NCBI GenBank assembly: GCA_937858825.1 | Contig: CALMAI010000004.1 | Location: forward strand, 3,833-67,832 | Reading direction: 5' to 3' | DNA length: 64,000 bases | Source: an uncultured Candidatus Peregrinibacteria bacterium | GTDB taxonomy: Bacteria > Patescibacteriota > Gracilibacteria > UBA1369 | In this document: one piece after another, positions 53,044 through 62,299 of the stretch | Numbering within the stretch: position 1 is the first letter of the stretch | Layout of the letters: each line of letters begins with the position of its first letter | The notes under the pieces: model-generated | What the model was told of the DNA's origin: nothing | Database searches by the model: none | The model's input: the letters and a program-made list of their open reading frames with translations, nothing else | Program-made: the position numbers and the translations under genes

Positions 53044-55482
53044 TTACATCTTCCACTCCCAGTTCAGGACTTCCGGCATGTCTTGGCCGTGTTTTTGGAT
53101 GTAGCGCGCGTGTTTGCGGAGCATGTTTTTGCAGAAGCGGATGACTGGTTTGGCTTTTTTGGCGAGCTGTTTGTTTTGTTCGCTCACACGTTCCAAAGCG
53201 TCGATGGCCAGGTTGTAGCGGTCGGTTTTGTTGCACACCATCATGTTGAACGGTGTGGTTGTGGTTCCTTCTTCCTGGTATCCGTGGATTGAGAAACGGT
53301 GGTGTCCTTCGTATGGGAAGAGGAGGTTGCGAATGGCCCCAACGTATCCGTGGAAGTTGTAAATGACGGGTTTGGTTTTGGTGAAGTATTTTTCAAAGCT
53401 TCGGCGCGCGAGCAGGCTCTTCTTTTCGTCACCAAGTCCAAGGGCGGTTAATTCAGAAACGTTTACAAATCGGCTTTTGAGAGATGGGATTTTGTCTTTG
53501 AGGAGTTCGATCGCAGCTAAACATTCAGCGACCATCACATCACCAGAAGCGGCGAACACCACGTCTGGATTTTTTGCGGCAGATTTTCCAACCCAATCCC
53601 AAATGCCGATTCCGTTTTTCACTTCTTTCTTGGCCTGAGCAACGGTGAGCCATTGTGGCATCATCTGTTTTCCGGCAACAATCAAATTAATGCTGTTGGT
53701 TCGGTTCAAGCAATCTTCCAAAATCACGTTCAAGCTGTTGGCATCGGCAGGGAAGTAGACACTGCAGAAGTCGCCGTGTTTTTCCAAAACGTTGCTGACG
53801 AAGCTTGGGTTTTGGTGAGAGTACCCGTTGTGTTCCTGTCGCCATCCCACACTGGTAAGGAGGAAATTGAGCGATGAGTACGGTTTGTGCCACTTGTGTT
53901 TCATGGCTTGTTTTACGAACTTGGCGTATTGGTCGACCATACTGGCGATGATCATGGCAAACGCTTCGTAGGTGGCGAAGAAGCCGTGGCGTCCGGTGAG
54001 CAGGTATCCCTGCAGCCATCCCATAAGGGTGTGCTCTGAAAGCATTTCCATCACGCGGCCGTCCGGTGCCAGATTTTCATCGTACGATTTTACCGGCCAC
54101 ATGAAGGCGCGGCTGGTGACTTCGAACAGTTTGAGGAATTTGTTGGATTCGGTTTCGTCCGGGCAGAAAAAGCGGAAGTTTTTGTTCCGTTTGTTGAGTT
54201 TGAAAATGTCGCGGAAGTATTCGGATGCGACGGTGGTGTTGCTGGCAACGGCCTGGCATCCTTTTTGCTGGCAGATGATTTCGTACTTCTTTGGATCTGG
54301 GAGTTTGAGTTCTTTTCGTCGGTGTCCGCCGTAAGTGTGAGGATTTTTCCCCATGCGCAGATCACCTTTTGGAACGTATTTCAAAACTGTCGGTTTTGGT
54401 TCACCTTTGTCATTGAGGAGTTCTCCAATCTTGTAACTTTCCAACCATTTTTTGACGAGTTGGAAATGTTCTTCGTTCGTTTGTGGATCTTTTACCGGGA
54501 TTCCATGTGAGTGGAACATCCCTTCAATTTTTTTGCCGTCCATCATTTTGACGCCGCCCCATCCTTTTAAACATCGGTACACGATCATCGGCCACTTTGG
54601 TTTGAGTGGTTGTACTTTTTTGGTGCGGGCATCTTTTTGGATTTTGGTGATCTCTCCGTAAGCCCATTCCAGCGCGTCGATCATGTCTTTGTGATTGTGC
54701 TCGCTTGATTTAAGGTCGCGTACAATCCGAACCTGATATCCGTATCCATGGAACAGGTCGGTGAGTTCTTTGTCGCTCATGGATGCGTAAATGGTCGGGC
54801 TGGTGATTTTGTATCCGTTAGCCAAAACGATTGGCAAGACTGCTCCGGAAGTTTTTGGATCCAGATATTTATTGCTGTGCCATGCCGCGGCCATTGGTCC
54901 GGTTTCTGCTTCTCCATCTCCGACTACGCAGGTGGCAATAAGCTCTGGATTGTCCATCACGGCACCGTAGGCGGTTGAAAGTGAGTAGCCAAGCTCTCCA
55001 CCTTCGCAGATGGATCCTGGTGTTCCGGGATTGGTGTGGCTTGGGAATCCTCCCGGCCAGCTAAAGTCGTGGATCAAGTTGCAGACTCCTTTGTGGTTGC
55101 GAGACATTTTTGGGTAGACTTCGCCCATGGTTCCTTCGGCAAACAGGTTGGCCAAAACGGCTGGCGCTCCATGTCCGGGCCCGGCAATAAAAAGCATGCT
55201 GCACTTCTTTTTTGAGATCAGGTAATTGAGGTGTGCGTATAAAAAGTTCTGTCCTGGCACGCTTCCCCAGTGTCCAAGGATCCGTTCTTTCATGTGTTTT
55301 TGTTCCAGCTCACGTTCAAGAAGATGGTTCTCTTTCAGGTAAAGTTGAGCGGCACCAAGGTAGTCGGTATAGCGGATGTATTTTTCTAACCATGCAATGG
55401 CAGCGGCGTTGTTATTGGAAGTTTTTTTTCGCGATGTTTTTCGTGTGGTTCTAGTCTTTGCTACTGCTTTGGTTTTCGGCAT
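53044..55482 (-). CDS. xfp: Xylulose-5-phosphate/fructose-6-phosphate phosphoketolase
   Basis: Start moved to ATG 55482 (MPKTKAV…). 'LGHWGSVPGQNFLYAHLN', 'GPGHGAPA', the XFP signature 'EGGELGYSL' and 'GDGEAETGP'. Confidence 0.92.
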   Translation of the reverse strand: MPKTKAVAKTRTTRKTSRKKTSNNNAAAIAWLEKYIRYTDYLGAAQLYLKENHLLERELEQKHMKERILGHWGSVPGQNFLYAHLNYLISKKKCSMLFIAGPGHGAPAVLANLFAEGTMGEVYPKMSRNHKGVCNLIHDFSWPGGFPSHTNPGTPGSICEGGELGYSLSTAYGAVMDNPELIATCVVGDGEAETGPMAAAWHSNKYLDPKTSGAVLPIVLANGYKITSPTIYASMSDKELTDLFHGYGYQVRIVRDLKSSEHNHKDMIDALEWAYGEITKIQKDARTKKVQPLKPKWPMIVYRCLKGWGGVKMMDGKKIEGMFHSHGIPVKDPQTNEEHFQLVKKWLESYKIGELLNDKGEPKPTVLKYVPKGDLRMGKNPHTYGGHRRKELKLPDPKKYEIICQQKGCQAVASNTTVASEYFRDIFKLNKRNKNFRFFCPDETESNKFLKLFEVTSRAFMWPVKSYDENLAPDGRVMEMLSEHTLMGWLQGYLLTGRHGFFATYEAFAMIIASMVDQYAKFVKQAMKHKWHKPYSSLNFLLTSVGWRQEHNGYSHQNPSFVSNVLEKHGDFCSVYFPADANSLNVILEDCLNRTNSINLIVAGKQMMPQWLTVAQAKKEVKNGIGIWDWVGKSAAKNPDVVFAASGDVMVAECLAAIELLKDKIPSLKSRFVNVSELTALGLGDEKKSLLARRSFEKYFTKTKPVIYNFHGYVGAIRNLLFPYEGHHRFSIHGYQEEGTTTTPFNMMVCNKTDRYNLAIDALERVSEQNKQLAKKAKPVIRFCKNMLRKHARYIQKHGQDMPEVLNWEWKM

Positions 55483-55507
55483 GGTTTGAAGGTTAGATTT
55501 TATTTTG

Positions 55508-56170
55508 TTATGGCAGGAGTTCTGTGTAGTCGGCGATAATTTTGTCCGCACCGGCACGCATTAATCGCTCTTTTTCTGTGCTTGTTGTTATACCAACGCA
55601 ATACATGTTGGCAGCTTTTGCTGCCCGTACGCCGCTCACGGCATCTTCAAATATTATACACTGCTTCGGCTCTAATCCTAATTCGTTCATGGCGAGAAGG
55701 AATGTTTCGGGCGATGGTTTGGGTTCACTTATATCCTCTACGGAAATAATATTTTTAAAAAAGTGTTCCAGGCCAATCTTTTTGAGAATTTTTTTGGATG
55801 GCTCCAGACGGTTGCCGGTGGCGACGATAATTTTTTTCTTTTCAGCGGAAAGGAGATTCAGGAATTTTTCTGCTCCAGGTACTGCTTGAATATCGTTTTT
55901 TTCAATCAGCTCTTTATAAATGTTGCGTTTGCGTATGATCATTTCTCGAACCTGATCGGTCGAGAGTTTTCGATCATGTTTTTCAAAAATGTGAGGGATG
56001 ATTTTTTCGGATCCCTGTCCGTTGTAGAGGGCGACATCATCTTTCAGTGAGTATTCGATTCCGTTTTCGGCAAAGAGCTGGCGGTAGGCTTCAAAGTGAA
56101 AATGCTGGCTCACTGCCAGAGTGCCATCGAGGTCAAAAATGTATCCTTCTGCATCCCGAATATTAGTCAT
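55508..56170 (-). CDS. HAD superfamily hydrolase (beta-phosphoglucomutase-like subfamily)
   Basis: 'YIFDLDGTLAVS' (DxD), 'VATGN' and 'CIIFEDAVSGVRAAKAANM'. Confidence 0.85.
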   Translation of the reverse strand: MTNIRDAEGYIFDLDGTLAVSQHFHFEAYRQLFAENGIEYSLKDDVALYNGQGSEKIIPHIFEKHDRKLSTDQVREMIIRKRNIYKELIEKNDIQAVPGAEKFLNLLSAEKKKIIVATGNRLEPSKKILKKIGLEHFFKNIISVEDISEPKPSPETFLLAMNELGLEPKQCIIFEDAVSGVRAAKAANMYCVGITTSTEKERLMRAGADKIIADYTELLP

Positions 56171-57443
56171 TTTGGACGAATATTTTTTCCTTGGTAAAGA
56201 TGCGCGTTACTGCTGTTGTCAGCGGCATGTACCAGTTAAAGTACATTATATCAAGCACCTTCTTCATAAGGAAAGGGATTATTCCGCTGAATACAATGTT
56301 CCCGCGAATGAACATGTATCTTTTTCCTCCAAGCGGGACAAGATATCCTTTTAGGAAAGGTTTGAACTGTTTTTTGTACTGTTTGTTGATGTCAGCCCAG
56401 ATGTTATAAGCAATAATTTTTCCTTCCTGGGCGGCGAACTGTCCGGTTTTTGGAATGAATTCACCGGTTTTTGGGTGAGTGATAGTGGCATTATCTCCGC
56501 CAGCAAATATGTTTGGATAAGCTGTGCATTCCAGCATTTCGTTGACATCCAGTTCTCTATATTTGTTGAGTTTGCTAAAAGATTGGAGCAGGGGATTGGC
56601 TTTGATTCCACCTGTCCAAATGAGGACATCATTTTTTTGAGTGGATGTTTCTTTTGTTTTTTTATCCTCAAGAATCAGGTTGCCGTTTTCGTATCCTTTT
56701 ATATAGGTTCCCTGCATTGGTTTGATGCCAAGCTTTTTTAAACGTTTTTTTACGATTTGGTTTGGTTTTTTCCCGAGTTTTAAGAATTCGTAGCCACCAT
56801 CAATAATGGAAAGATCAACATCTTTGCGTGAGAAGGAGTATTTTTTTGAGAGTTTGTTCAGGAATCCAATCAGTTCACAAGAGAATTCGATGCCGGTTGC
56901 TCCGCCACCACCAATGGCGATGCACACTTTTTCGTCGGTCTTTTTTTCAGCTCTTTCCTGAAAGAGTTGGTCCAGATGGCAGTTAATGGTGAGGGCGTCG
57001 GTGAGCTCTTTGAGCGGGAATGAGTGATCTTCAATGCCGGGAATATTGTAGTAGTTGGTTACGCTTCCGACCGCAACGACCAGGTATTCGTAATCGAGTG
57101 TCTCTCTTTTTTTTAAGGTGATCGTTTTTTTGTCTGTATCAATGGCTGTGACGCGGTCGCGATAAAAAGTGAAACCGGATTTTTTGGCGACATCGGTGAT
57201 TTTAATGCAGACAGAATCTTCGAGCGCGGTTAAGCAGGCCTGTGTGATTTTTTCATTGTAGGCTGAAGCGATCTCGTAGAGGTCCGAGTGATAGACGTGA
57301 ACATTGGTCTCGTTCACGACAATCAGGCGATAGTGTTTGGAGGTTTCGGGTGTTTGTTTGAGCTTTTTGCTCAGTTCCGTGGCGACTTTTAGTCCGCACA
57401 GTCCACCTCCTATAATAACGATATTCTTTTTTGTAGAGGACAT
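56163..57443 (-). CDS. Type II NADH dehydrogenase-like FAD oxidoreductase (second copy)
   Basis: 'NIVIIGGGLCGLKVA', 'IGGGGATGIEF' and 'IFAGGDNA'. 426 aa. Confidence 0.8.
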   Translation of the reverse strand: MSSTKKNIVIIGGGLCGLKVATELSKKLKQTPETSKHYRLIVVNETNVHVYHSDLYEIASAYNEKITQACLTALEDSVCIKITDVAKKSGFTFYRDRVTAIDTDKKTITLKKRETLDYEYLVVAVGSVTNYYNIPGIEDHSFPLKELTDALTINCHLDQLFQERAEKKTDEKVCIAIGGGGATGIEFSCELIGFLNKLSKKYSFSRKDVDLSIIDGGYEFLKLGKKPNQIVKKRLKKLGIKPMQGTYIKGYENGNLILEDKKTKETSTQKNDVLIWTGGIKANPLLQSFSKLNKYRELDVNEMLECTAYPNIFAGGDNATITHPKTGEFIPKTGQFAAQEGKIIAYNIWADINKQYKKQFKPFLKGYLVPLGGKRYMFIRGNIVFSGIIPFLMKKVLDIMYFNWYMPLTTAVTRIFTKEKIFVQND

Positions 57444-57560
57444 TGTGATTTTATAATATCCGTATATTTTACCATAAAATTTATATTCTGTATATGTAGC
57501 TTGAAGTCGGTTTGAATTGTGGTTAGCGCTTTGCTATGATCGTGACAACTTTCAAACATT

Positions 57561-58508
57561 ATGGCTATGCTTTCGAACTCATTTAAGATCTTCTCTGGTT
57601 CTTCTCATCCGGAACTTGCTGAAGAGATCGCCAAACTATTACGGGTGAAGGTGGAGCCGATTGTTTTAAAACGTTTCGCGAGTAACGAGATTTATGCCAA
57701 GGCTGAACAGACTGTTCGTGGATCGGATGTTTATATTATTCAAACATGTACAGACCGTGTGAACGAAGATCTGATGGAACTGTTTATTTTGATCGATTCT
57801 TTAAAGCGATCATTTGCTGAGAGGATTCATATTGTGATGCCATACTTTGGATATGCGCGTCAGGATCGTGTGGCGACTCCGCGTGAACCGATTACCGCTA
57901 AGTTGATCGCGGATTTGTTGAGTGCTGCGGGAGCGGATCATGTGGTGACAATCAGTTTACACTCTGACCAGGAACAGGGATTTTTTAATTTTCCGGTCGA
58001 TAATTTAAGTTGTTATAAGCTTTTTGCATCATACTTTAAAAAGAAGAAATTGGATGATCTTGTAGTGGTTGCGCCGGATACCGGAGCGACAAAAATGGCA
58101 AAGCGTTTTGCTGATCTACTTGGCGCTGAGTTGGCGATTTTGCATAAGACACGCCCGGCACACAATGTTTCTGAAGTGACGCAGGTGGTTGGAGATGTGA
58201 CGGATAAAACCTGTATCCTTTTTGACGATCTGGTGGATACCGCCGGGACAGTGGTGAACGCGAAAGAGGCTTTGTTGAAGCGTGGAGCGAATAAAGATGT
58301 CTATCTGGCGGCGACTCATGCGGTCTTTTCTGATCCGGCTGTGAGCCGTTTGAAGGCGGCGAAGTTTGCAGAGGTTGTAGTGACGAACTCCATCCCTCTT
58401 ACTCCGGAAAAAATGTTCCCCGAACTAACTGTTCTTTCTGTGGCGCCGCTTCTTTCCAAGACGATGCATAATGTTCATAAGAAGAAATCTGTTTCTGAGG
58501 TTTATTAA
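57561..58508 (+). CDS. prs: Ribose-phosphate pyrophosphokinase
   Basis: 'KIFSGSSHPELAEEIA', 'YFGYARQDR', 'VAPDTGATKMA' and 'ILFDDLVDTAGT'. Confidence 0.93.
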   Translation: MAMLSNSFKIFSGSSHPELAEEIAKLLRVKVEPIVLKRFASNEIYAKAEQTVRGSDVYIIQTCTDRVNEDLMELFILIDSLKRSFAERIHIVMPYFGYARQDRVATPREPITAKLIADLLSAAGADHVVTISLHSDQEQGFFNFPVDNLSCYKLFASYFKKKKLDDLVVVAPDTGATKMAKRFADLLGAELAILHKTRPAHNVSEVTQVVGDVTDKTCILFDDLVDTAGTVVNAKEALLKRGANKDVYLAATHAVFSDPAVSRLKAAKFAEVVVTNSIPLTPEKMFPELTVLSVAPLLSKTMHNVHKKKSVSEVY

Positions 58509-58523
58509 TTTTTAACAATTTGT

Positions 58524-58832
58524 ATGTCAGAAGAAAAACAACATATATATATAGGAGGGGATAAAAAGGCACATAAAGTCCGTGAAGAGGTGGTCGCCTT
58601 TTTGAAGGAGAAAGGGTATCAATGTGTGGAGCTTGGAATTTTTAATGGTGATGAAACGAGTTATGAAAGAATTGAATTTGAAGTAATGGAAAAGGTTCAT
58701 CAGGAAGAGCCGGGTTCATTTGGGATTTTGATTTTTGGAACGCAAGAGGGAAAGAAGATTGAGAAGCCGGTTGATTCGGAAAAGGATGGTGGGAAGAAGG
58801 ATGAGGATAAAGATAGGAAGTCTGATTCGTAA
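58524..58832 (+). CDS. Degenerate RpiB/LacAB-like N-terminal fragment with a Lys/Asp/Glu-rich tail
   Basis: 'HIYIGGDKKAHKVREEVVAFLKEKGYQCVELG…SFGILIFGTQEG' aligns by eye with E. coli RpiB 'KIAFGCDHVGFILKHEIVAHLVERGVEVIDKG…GGILICGTGVG'. The catalytic Cys is replaced by Phe and the C-terminal half is missing. Confidence 0.55.
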   Translation: MSEEKQHIYIGGDKKAHKVREEVVAFLKEKGYQCVELGIFNGDETSYERIEFEVMEKVHQEEPGSFGILIFGTQEGKKIEKPVDSEKDGGKKDEDKDRKSDS

Positions 58833-58841
58833 TTTTTGTTT

Positions 58842-59531
58842 ATGACAGCGAAAGAGCAGGCGGCAGCAAAAGCACTGGAATTTGTTCAAAGTGGAATGGT
58901 TTTGGGGCTTGGAAGTGGTTCTACATCCAAGATTTTTGTGGATATGCTTGGTGAGAAACTGAAGAATGGTGAGCTTGAAAATATTGTTGGAATTCCAACA
59001 TCAGAGGCTACGGCTGCTCAGGCGAAAGATTTAGGGATTCCGCTTTCAACGATTGATAAGCATGGCGTGATTGATCTGGCGGTTGATGGAGCGGATGAAG
59101 TGGATCCGGATCTGCAGTTGGTGAAAGGTTGGGGAAGAGCTTTGCTGCGGGAAAAAATGGTAGAAATTCATGCCAAAGAGTTGGTGATTATTGTTGATGA
59201 TTCCAAGTTGGTGGAAAAGTTGGGAACCCGTGACTTTATTCCAGTTGAGGTGGTGCAGTTTGGTTGTGGTGCGACTATCCGCTGGATGAACGAGTCTTTG
59301 GAAGGGTGTCGGGCAGAGCTCTGGAATGAAGATGGTGCACCGGTTGTGACGGATAATGGGAACTATTTGGTAAAGCTTTTCTGTGATGGTGGAGTGGAAG
59401 ATCCTTATATTCTGGCAGACATGCTGGCTATACGGCCTGGAGTTGTAGAGCACGGGCTTTTTTTGGATTTGGCGACGAAGGTTGTGGTTGCTGGTGAATC
59501 GGGAATTCAAGTTCTGGAAAAAGATGCCTGA
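58842..59531 (+). CDS. rpiA: Ribose-5-phosphate isomerase A
   Basis: 'VLGLGSGSTS', 'AVDGADEVD', 'KGWGRALLREK' and 'VVEHGLF'. ATG 58842 is preferred over the TTG at 58836. Confidence 0.92.
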   Translation: MTAKEQAAAKALEFVQSGMVLGLGSGSTSKIFVDMLGEKLKNGELENIVGIPTSEATAAQAKDLGIPLSTIDKHGVIDLAVDGADEVDPDLQLVKGWGRALLREKMVEIHAKELVIIVDDSKLVEKLGTRDFIPVEVVQFGCGATIRWMNESLEGCRAELWNEDGAPVVTDNGNYLVKLFCDGGVEDPYILADMLAIRPGVVEHGLFLDLATKVVVAGESGIQVLEKDA

Positions 59532-59549
59532 TTTTGGTATAATAAAGCC

Positions 59550-60173
59550 ATGAAAGTAAAAATCGCACCATCAATTCTGTCGGCAGACTTTGGGAAACTG
59601 AATGAAGAGATTGCATCGGTTGAACCGTATGTGGATTTGTTGCACGTGGATGTGATGGATGGTCATTTTGTGCCAAATATTACTCTTGGCGCGCCGATTG
59701 TGCGTAAGATCCAGACAAAGCTTCCATTGGATCTGCATTTAATGATTGAACATCCGGAGCAGTATATTGATGATTTTGTGGATGCGGGTGCGGCAAGTAT
59801 TACCGTTCATGTTGAAGCCTGTAAACATCTTCATCGGGTTATCCAGCAGATTAAAGCTGCGGGGGTGAAGGCGGCTGTTTCTATAAATCCGGCTACACCG
59901 ATTGAAGAGATCAAACATGTTTTGGATGATGTGGATATGGTTTTGGTGATGAGTGTGAATCCAGGTTTTGGTGGACAGAAGTTTATCCCTGTTGCCCTGG
60001 AAAAAATTCGTGAACTACGCAAGATGAAGCCGGAGTTGGAAATTGAGGTTGATGGAGGTGTGAATGGGGAGACAGCCAGGCAGTGTGTTGAAGCTGGAGC
60101 GACGATTTTGGTTGCGGGCTCTTATATTTTTGGAGCGAAAGACCGAAAGGCTGCCATTGAAAGTTTGCGGTAG
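59550..60173 (+). CDS. rpe: Ribulose-phosphate 3-epimerase
   Basis: 'IAPSILSADF', 'LHVDVMDGHFVPN', 'DLHLM', 'MSVNPGFGGQKF' and 'EVDGGVN'. Confidence 0.93.
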   Translation: MKVKIAPSILSADFGKLNEEIASVEPYVDLLHVDVMDGHFVPNITLGAPIVRKIQTKLPLDLHLMIEHPEQYIDDFVDAGAASITVHVEACKHLHRVIQQIKAAGVKAAVSINPATPIEEIKHVLDDVDMVLVMSVNPGFGGQKFIPVALEKIRELRKMKPELEIEVDGGVNGETARQCVEAGATILVAGSYIFGAKDRKAAIESLR

Positions 60174-60198
60174 TGATATGACAAAAATCTGACATGTG

Positions 60199-60230
60199 AA
60201 CAACCCCTTCTTGAGGGGTTGTTTTATTTT
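60199..60230 (+). terminator. Rho-independent terminator after rpe
   Basis: Stem AACAACCCCT (60199-208) / AGGGGTTGTT (60214-223) followed by a TTTTATTTT tract. Confidence 0.85.
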
Positions 60231-60267
60231 TGATAGTATTGGGTTCACAATCTTTTATTCTCGGTTT

Positions 60268-60969
60268 ATGGCTGGTACTCCAGAAAAGGGGTTTGATGAT
60301 ATGCGGGGCGAAGATGAGGCAATAGTTGTTGGTGGGGCACGCCATCGAAAATGGAATCGAAAAGAGTCCGGAGTTCGGCGTGTATTCTCACTTTTGCCAG
60401 AGGAAGAGTCGAAGAAGAGTCGTATTCATCATGTTTTGTTAAATGAAGGAGCGAATGTTTTGTTGAGTGATGAAGCTTACATGAATCATGTCCGTGGAGA
60501 AGTGTGGAAAGCTGTCCAGAATCAGCTTTTGAGAAGTCAGATTGATCTGAACAAACTTCGTAGACGTATGGCTCTTTTGGAGGCGCGAATTGGAATTCTT
60601 GATCCTTTGGCGAAACAGTTTGAGGTGGAGGAGGAGAGGGATACAGTTCCGGCCAGGTCGGGCAATCAAGAGGTTGAAAAGGGAACTCTTACGGCAGAGG
60701 TGGCTTCAGAATATTTGCTTTCATGTGTTACTGGAAAAGTGAAAGGGAATACCATTGTTTGTAATGATATTCACAGTTTAACACTTGATGGGGTAGAGAG
60801 ACTTGCTACGTGGTATGGGACTTTACGTTTTCCGGATATGAATGCTGTGGACTTTGGAGAAGAGGTCCGACAAGCCTTTTTGAAAGGTAATGTGGAGGCT
60901 GTTTTTGCTGGTGATAATCCGGTTATGACAAAGGGAGAGAAGAAGAATTTTCAATCAGATAAATCCTAG
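60268..60969 (+). CDS. Hypothetical protein
   Basis: Start moved to ATG 60268 because the track start lies inside the rpe terminator. There is a coiled-coil-like middle section. No motif recognised. Confidence 0.55.
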   Translation: MAGTPEKGFDDMRGEDEAIVVGGARHRKWNRKESGVRRVFSLLPEEESKKSRIHHVLLNEGANVLLSDEAYMNHVRGEVWKAVQNQLLRSQIDLNKLRRRMALLEARIGILDPLAKQFEVEEERDTVPARSGNQEVEKGTLTAEVASEYLLSCVTGKVKGNTIVCNDIHSLTLDGVERLATWYGTLRFPDMNAVDFGEEVRQAFLKGNVEAVFAGDNPVMTKGEKKNFQSDKS

Positions 60970-61037
60970 AGGCCAATCTGTTGAATGGTTCTTTGCATGA
61001 TTTTTCCGCGAACATCAATCTGGAAAGTATTCTGAAA

Positions 61038-61114
61038 TGGTGCACCCGACAGGAGTCGAACCTATGACCTCTGGCTCCGCAAGCCAGCGCTCTATCCAGC
61101 TGAGCTACGGGTGC
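61038..61114 (-). tRNA. tRNA-Arg (anticodon GCG), CCA encoded
   Basis: Reverse complement GCACCCG-TA-GCTC-AGCTGGATA-GAGC-G-CTGGC-TTGCGGA-GCCAG-AGGTC-ATAGG-TTCGACT-CCTGT-CGGGTGC-A-CCA. 77 nt. Confidence 0.88.
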
Positions 61115-61321
61115 TTACATTTTGTGTATAGCCTTCGCAACTCTTCGTCATCTCAACTCCTCGCTCGCTCGCGCATATTTGAAATGCGCTTAGCTCGTCT
61201 CGTCGTTGGCTTTCTTGAATTGCTTGGCTCTGCCCAAAATGTGATTTCAGGCACGGAGTAATGTAGCATAAGTGGTGGTGAGTGCAAGTTTGTATATTTT
61301 TTGTTGTGCGGACATATTCTT

Positions 61322-61341
61322 ATATGCTAATATTTGCATAT
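61322..61341. promoter_or_regulatory. 6-8-6 inverted repeat overlapping the arsR-family start (candidate autoregulatory operator)
   Basis: ATATGC (61322-27) … GCATAT (61336-41) in an AT-rich spacer immediately at the start codon region. Confidence 0.3.
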
Positions 61342-61630
61342 GACTGATTTGTGTAAAGAGATTGCGCGCCTTGGGAAAGGTATTGGGAATGAAAACCGGT
61401 ACCGGATTTTGGAGGCTCTTATGGGTGGGCCACTCACGGTTGGAGAGATTGCTGAAATTGTTTCTATGAATCAGCCGGCGGTATCGCAAAATCTGAAAGT
61501 TTTGAAATCGTCTGAACTTGTTGAAGATAAGCGCCGGGGAAAAGAGGTTTTCTACTCTGTTAATGTTCTTTATATGACCAAGCTTTTGAGAAAAATGGTT
61601 ATGGACATTGAAAAAGGAAAGAAAAAATAG
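61340..61630 (+). CDS. ArsR/SmtB family winged-helix transcriptional regulator
   Basis: 'NRYRILEALMGGPLTVGEIAEIVSMNQPAVSQNLKVLKSSELVEDKRRGKEVFY'. ATG 61340 is preferred over the TTG at 61334. Confidence 0.88.
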   Translation: MTDLCKEIARLGKGIGNENRYRILEALMGGPLTVGEIAEIVSMNQPAVSQNLKVLKSSELVEDKRRGKEVFYSVNVLYMTKLLRKMVMDIEKGKKK

Positions 61631-61653
61631 TCTCTATTTTATAATGCTTCACT

Positions 61654-62292
61654 ATGCAGAATACTGTTTTAAATGACTCTCCTTATATTACACTCCCGTC
61701 TGAAGCGGTTGTTGCAAAAACCATGAAATCTTTGGAGGAGCGGGGAATAACCTCAAGTCTTTATCCAAATCGTGAGGCCGCCCTTGAAGCATTGAAAAAG
61801 ATGATTCCCGAAGGCGCGTCGATCGTAAATGGCTCTTCACGCACACTTGAAGAGATTGGATTTATTGAATTTTTGAAGTCAGGATCTCATCCCTGGAATA
61901 ATCTTCAGGAAAAGATTGTGGAGGAGTCTGATCGAGAAAAACAAACGCTTTTGAGGAAGAAATCTGTGGCAGACTATTTTACTGGTAGTGTTCATGCTGT
62001 TGCGGAAACAGGGGAGCTCATTATTGCATCTGGTTCAGGAAGTCAACTTCCGCCGCTTGTTTTTACGGCTTCGAATGTTCTTTTGGTGGTTGGTGTTCAG
62101 AAAATTACACCAGATCTATCTTCTGGGATTGCACGACTGAAGGAGTATGTGTATCCGCTTGAAGATGAGCGCATGAAGAGTGTTGGTATGGGAGGAAGTG
62201 TGCTTTCAAAGCTTCTTATTATTAATTCAGAGCCGGCGTTTATGGGAAGAACGTTTCATGTTCTTTTTGTGAATGAAAAGCTGGGGTTCTAA
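61654..62292 (+). CDS. LUD domain (LutC/YkgG-like, DUF162) protein
   Basis: 'GSVHAVAETGELIIASGSGSQLPPLVFTASNVLLVVGVQKITPDL' is typical of the LUD domain. Confidence 0.65.
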   Translation: MQNTVLNDSPYITLPSEAVVAKTMKSLEERGITSSLYPNREAALEALKKMIPEGASIVNGSSRTLEEIGFIEFLKSGSHPWNNLQEKIVEESDREKQTLLRKKSVADYFTGSVHAVAETGELIIASGSGSQLPPLVFTASNVLLVVGVQKITPDLSSGIARLKEYVYPLEDERMKSVGMGGSVLSKLLIINSEPAFMGRTFHVLFVNEKLGF

Positions 62293-62299
62293 TGAAGCC

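Noticed and set aside
53036-53236. N-terminal extensions given by the track for several genes: 52427..53236, 53044..55557, 8908..10200, 13053..15059, 19166..20377, 30121..31272, 27856..28584, 35273..35950, 60196..60969 and 11722..12321.
   Set aside because: The extensions overlap the upstream gene or a terminator hairpin and translate to junk. Internal ATGs give canonical N-termini (Rossmann fold, lipobox and so on) and tidy gene spacing.
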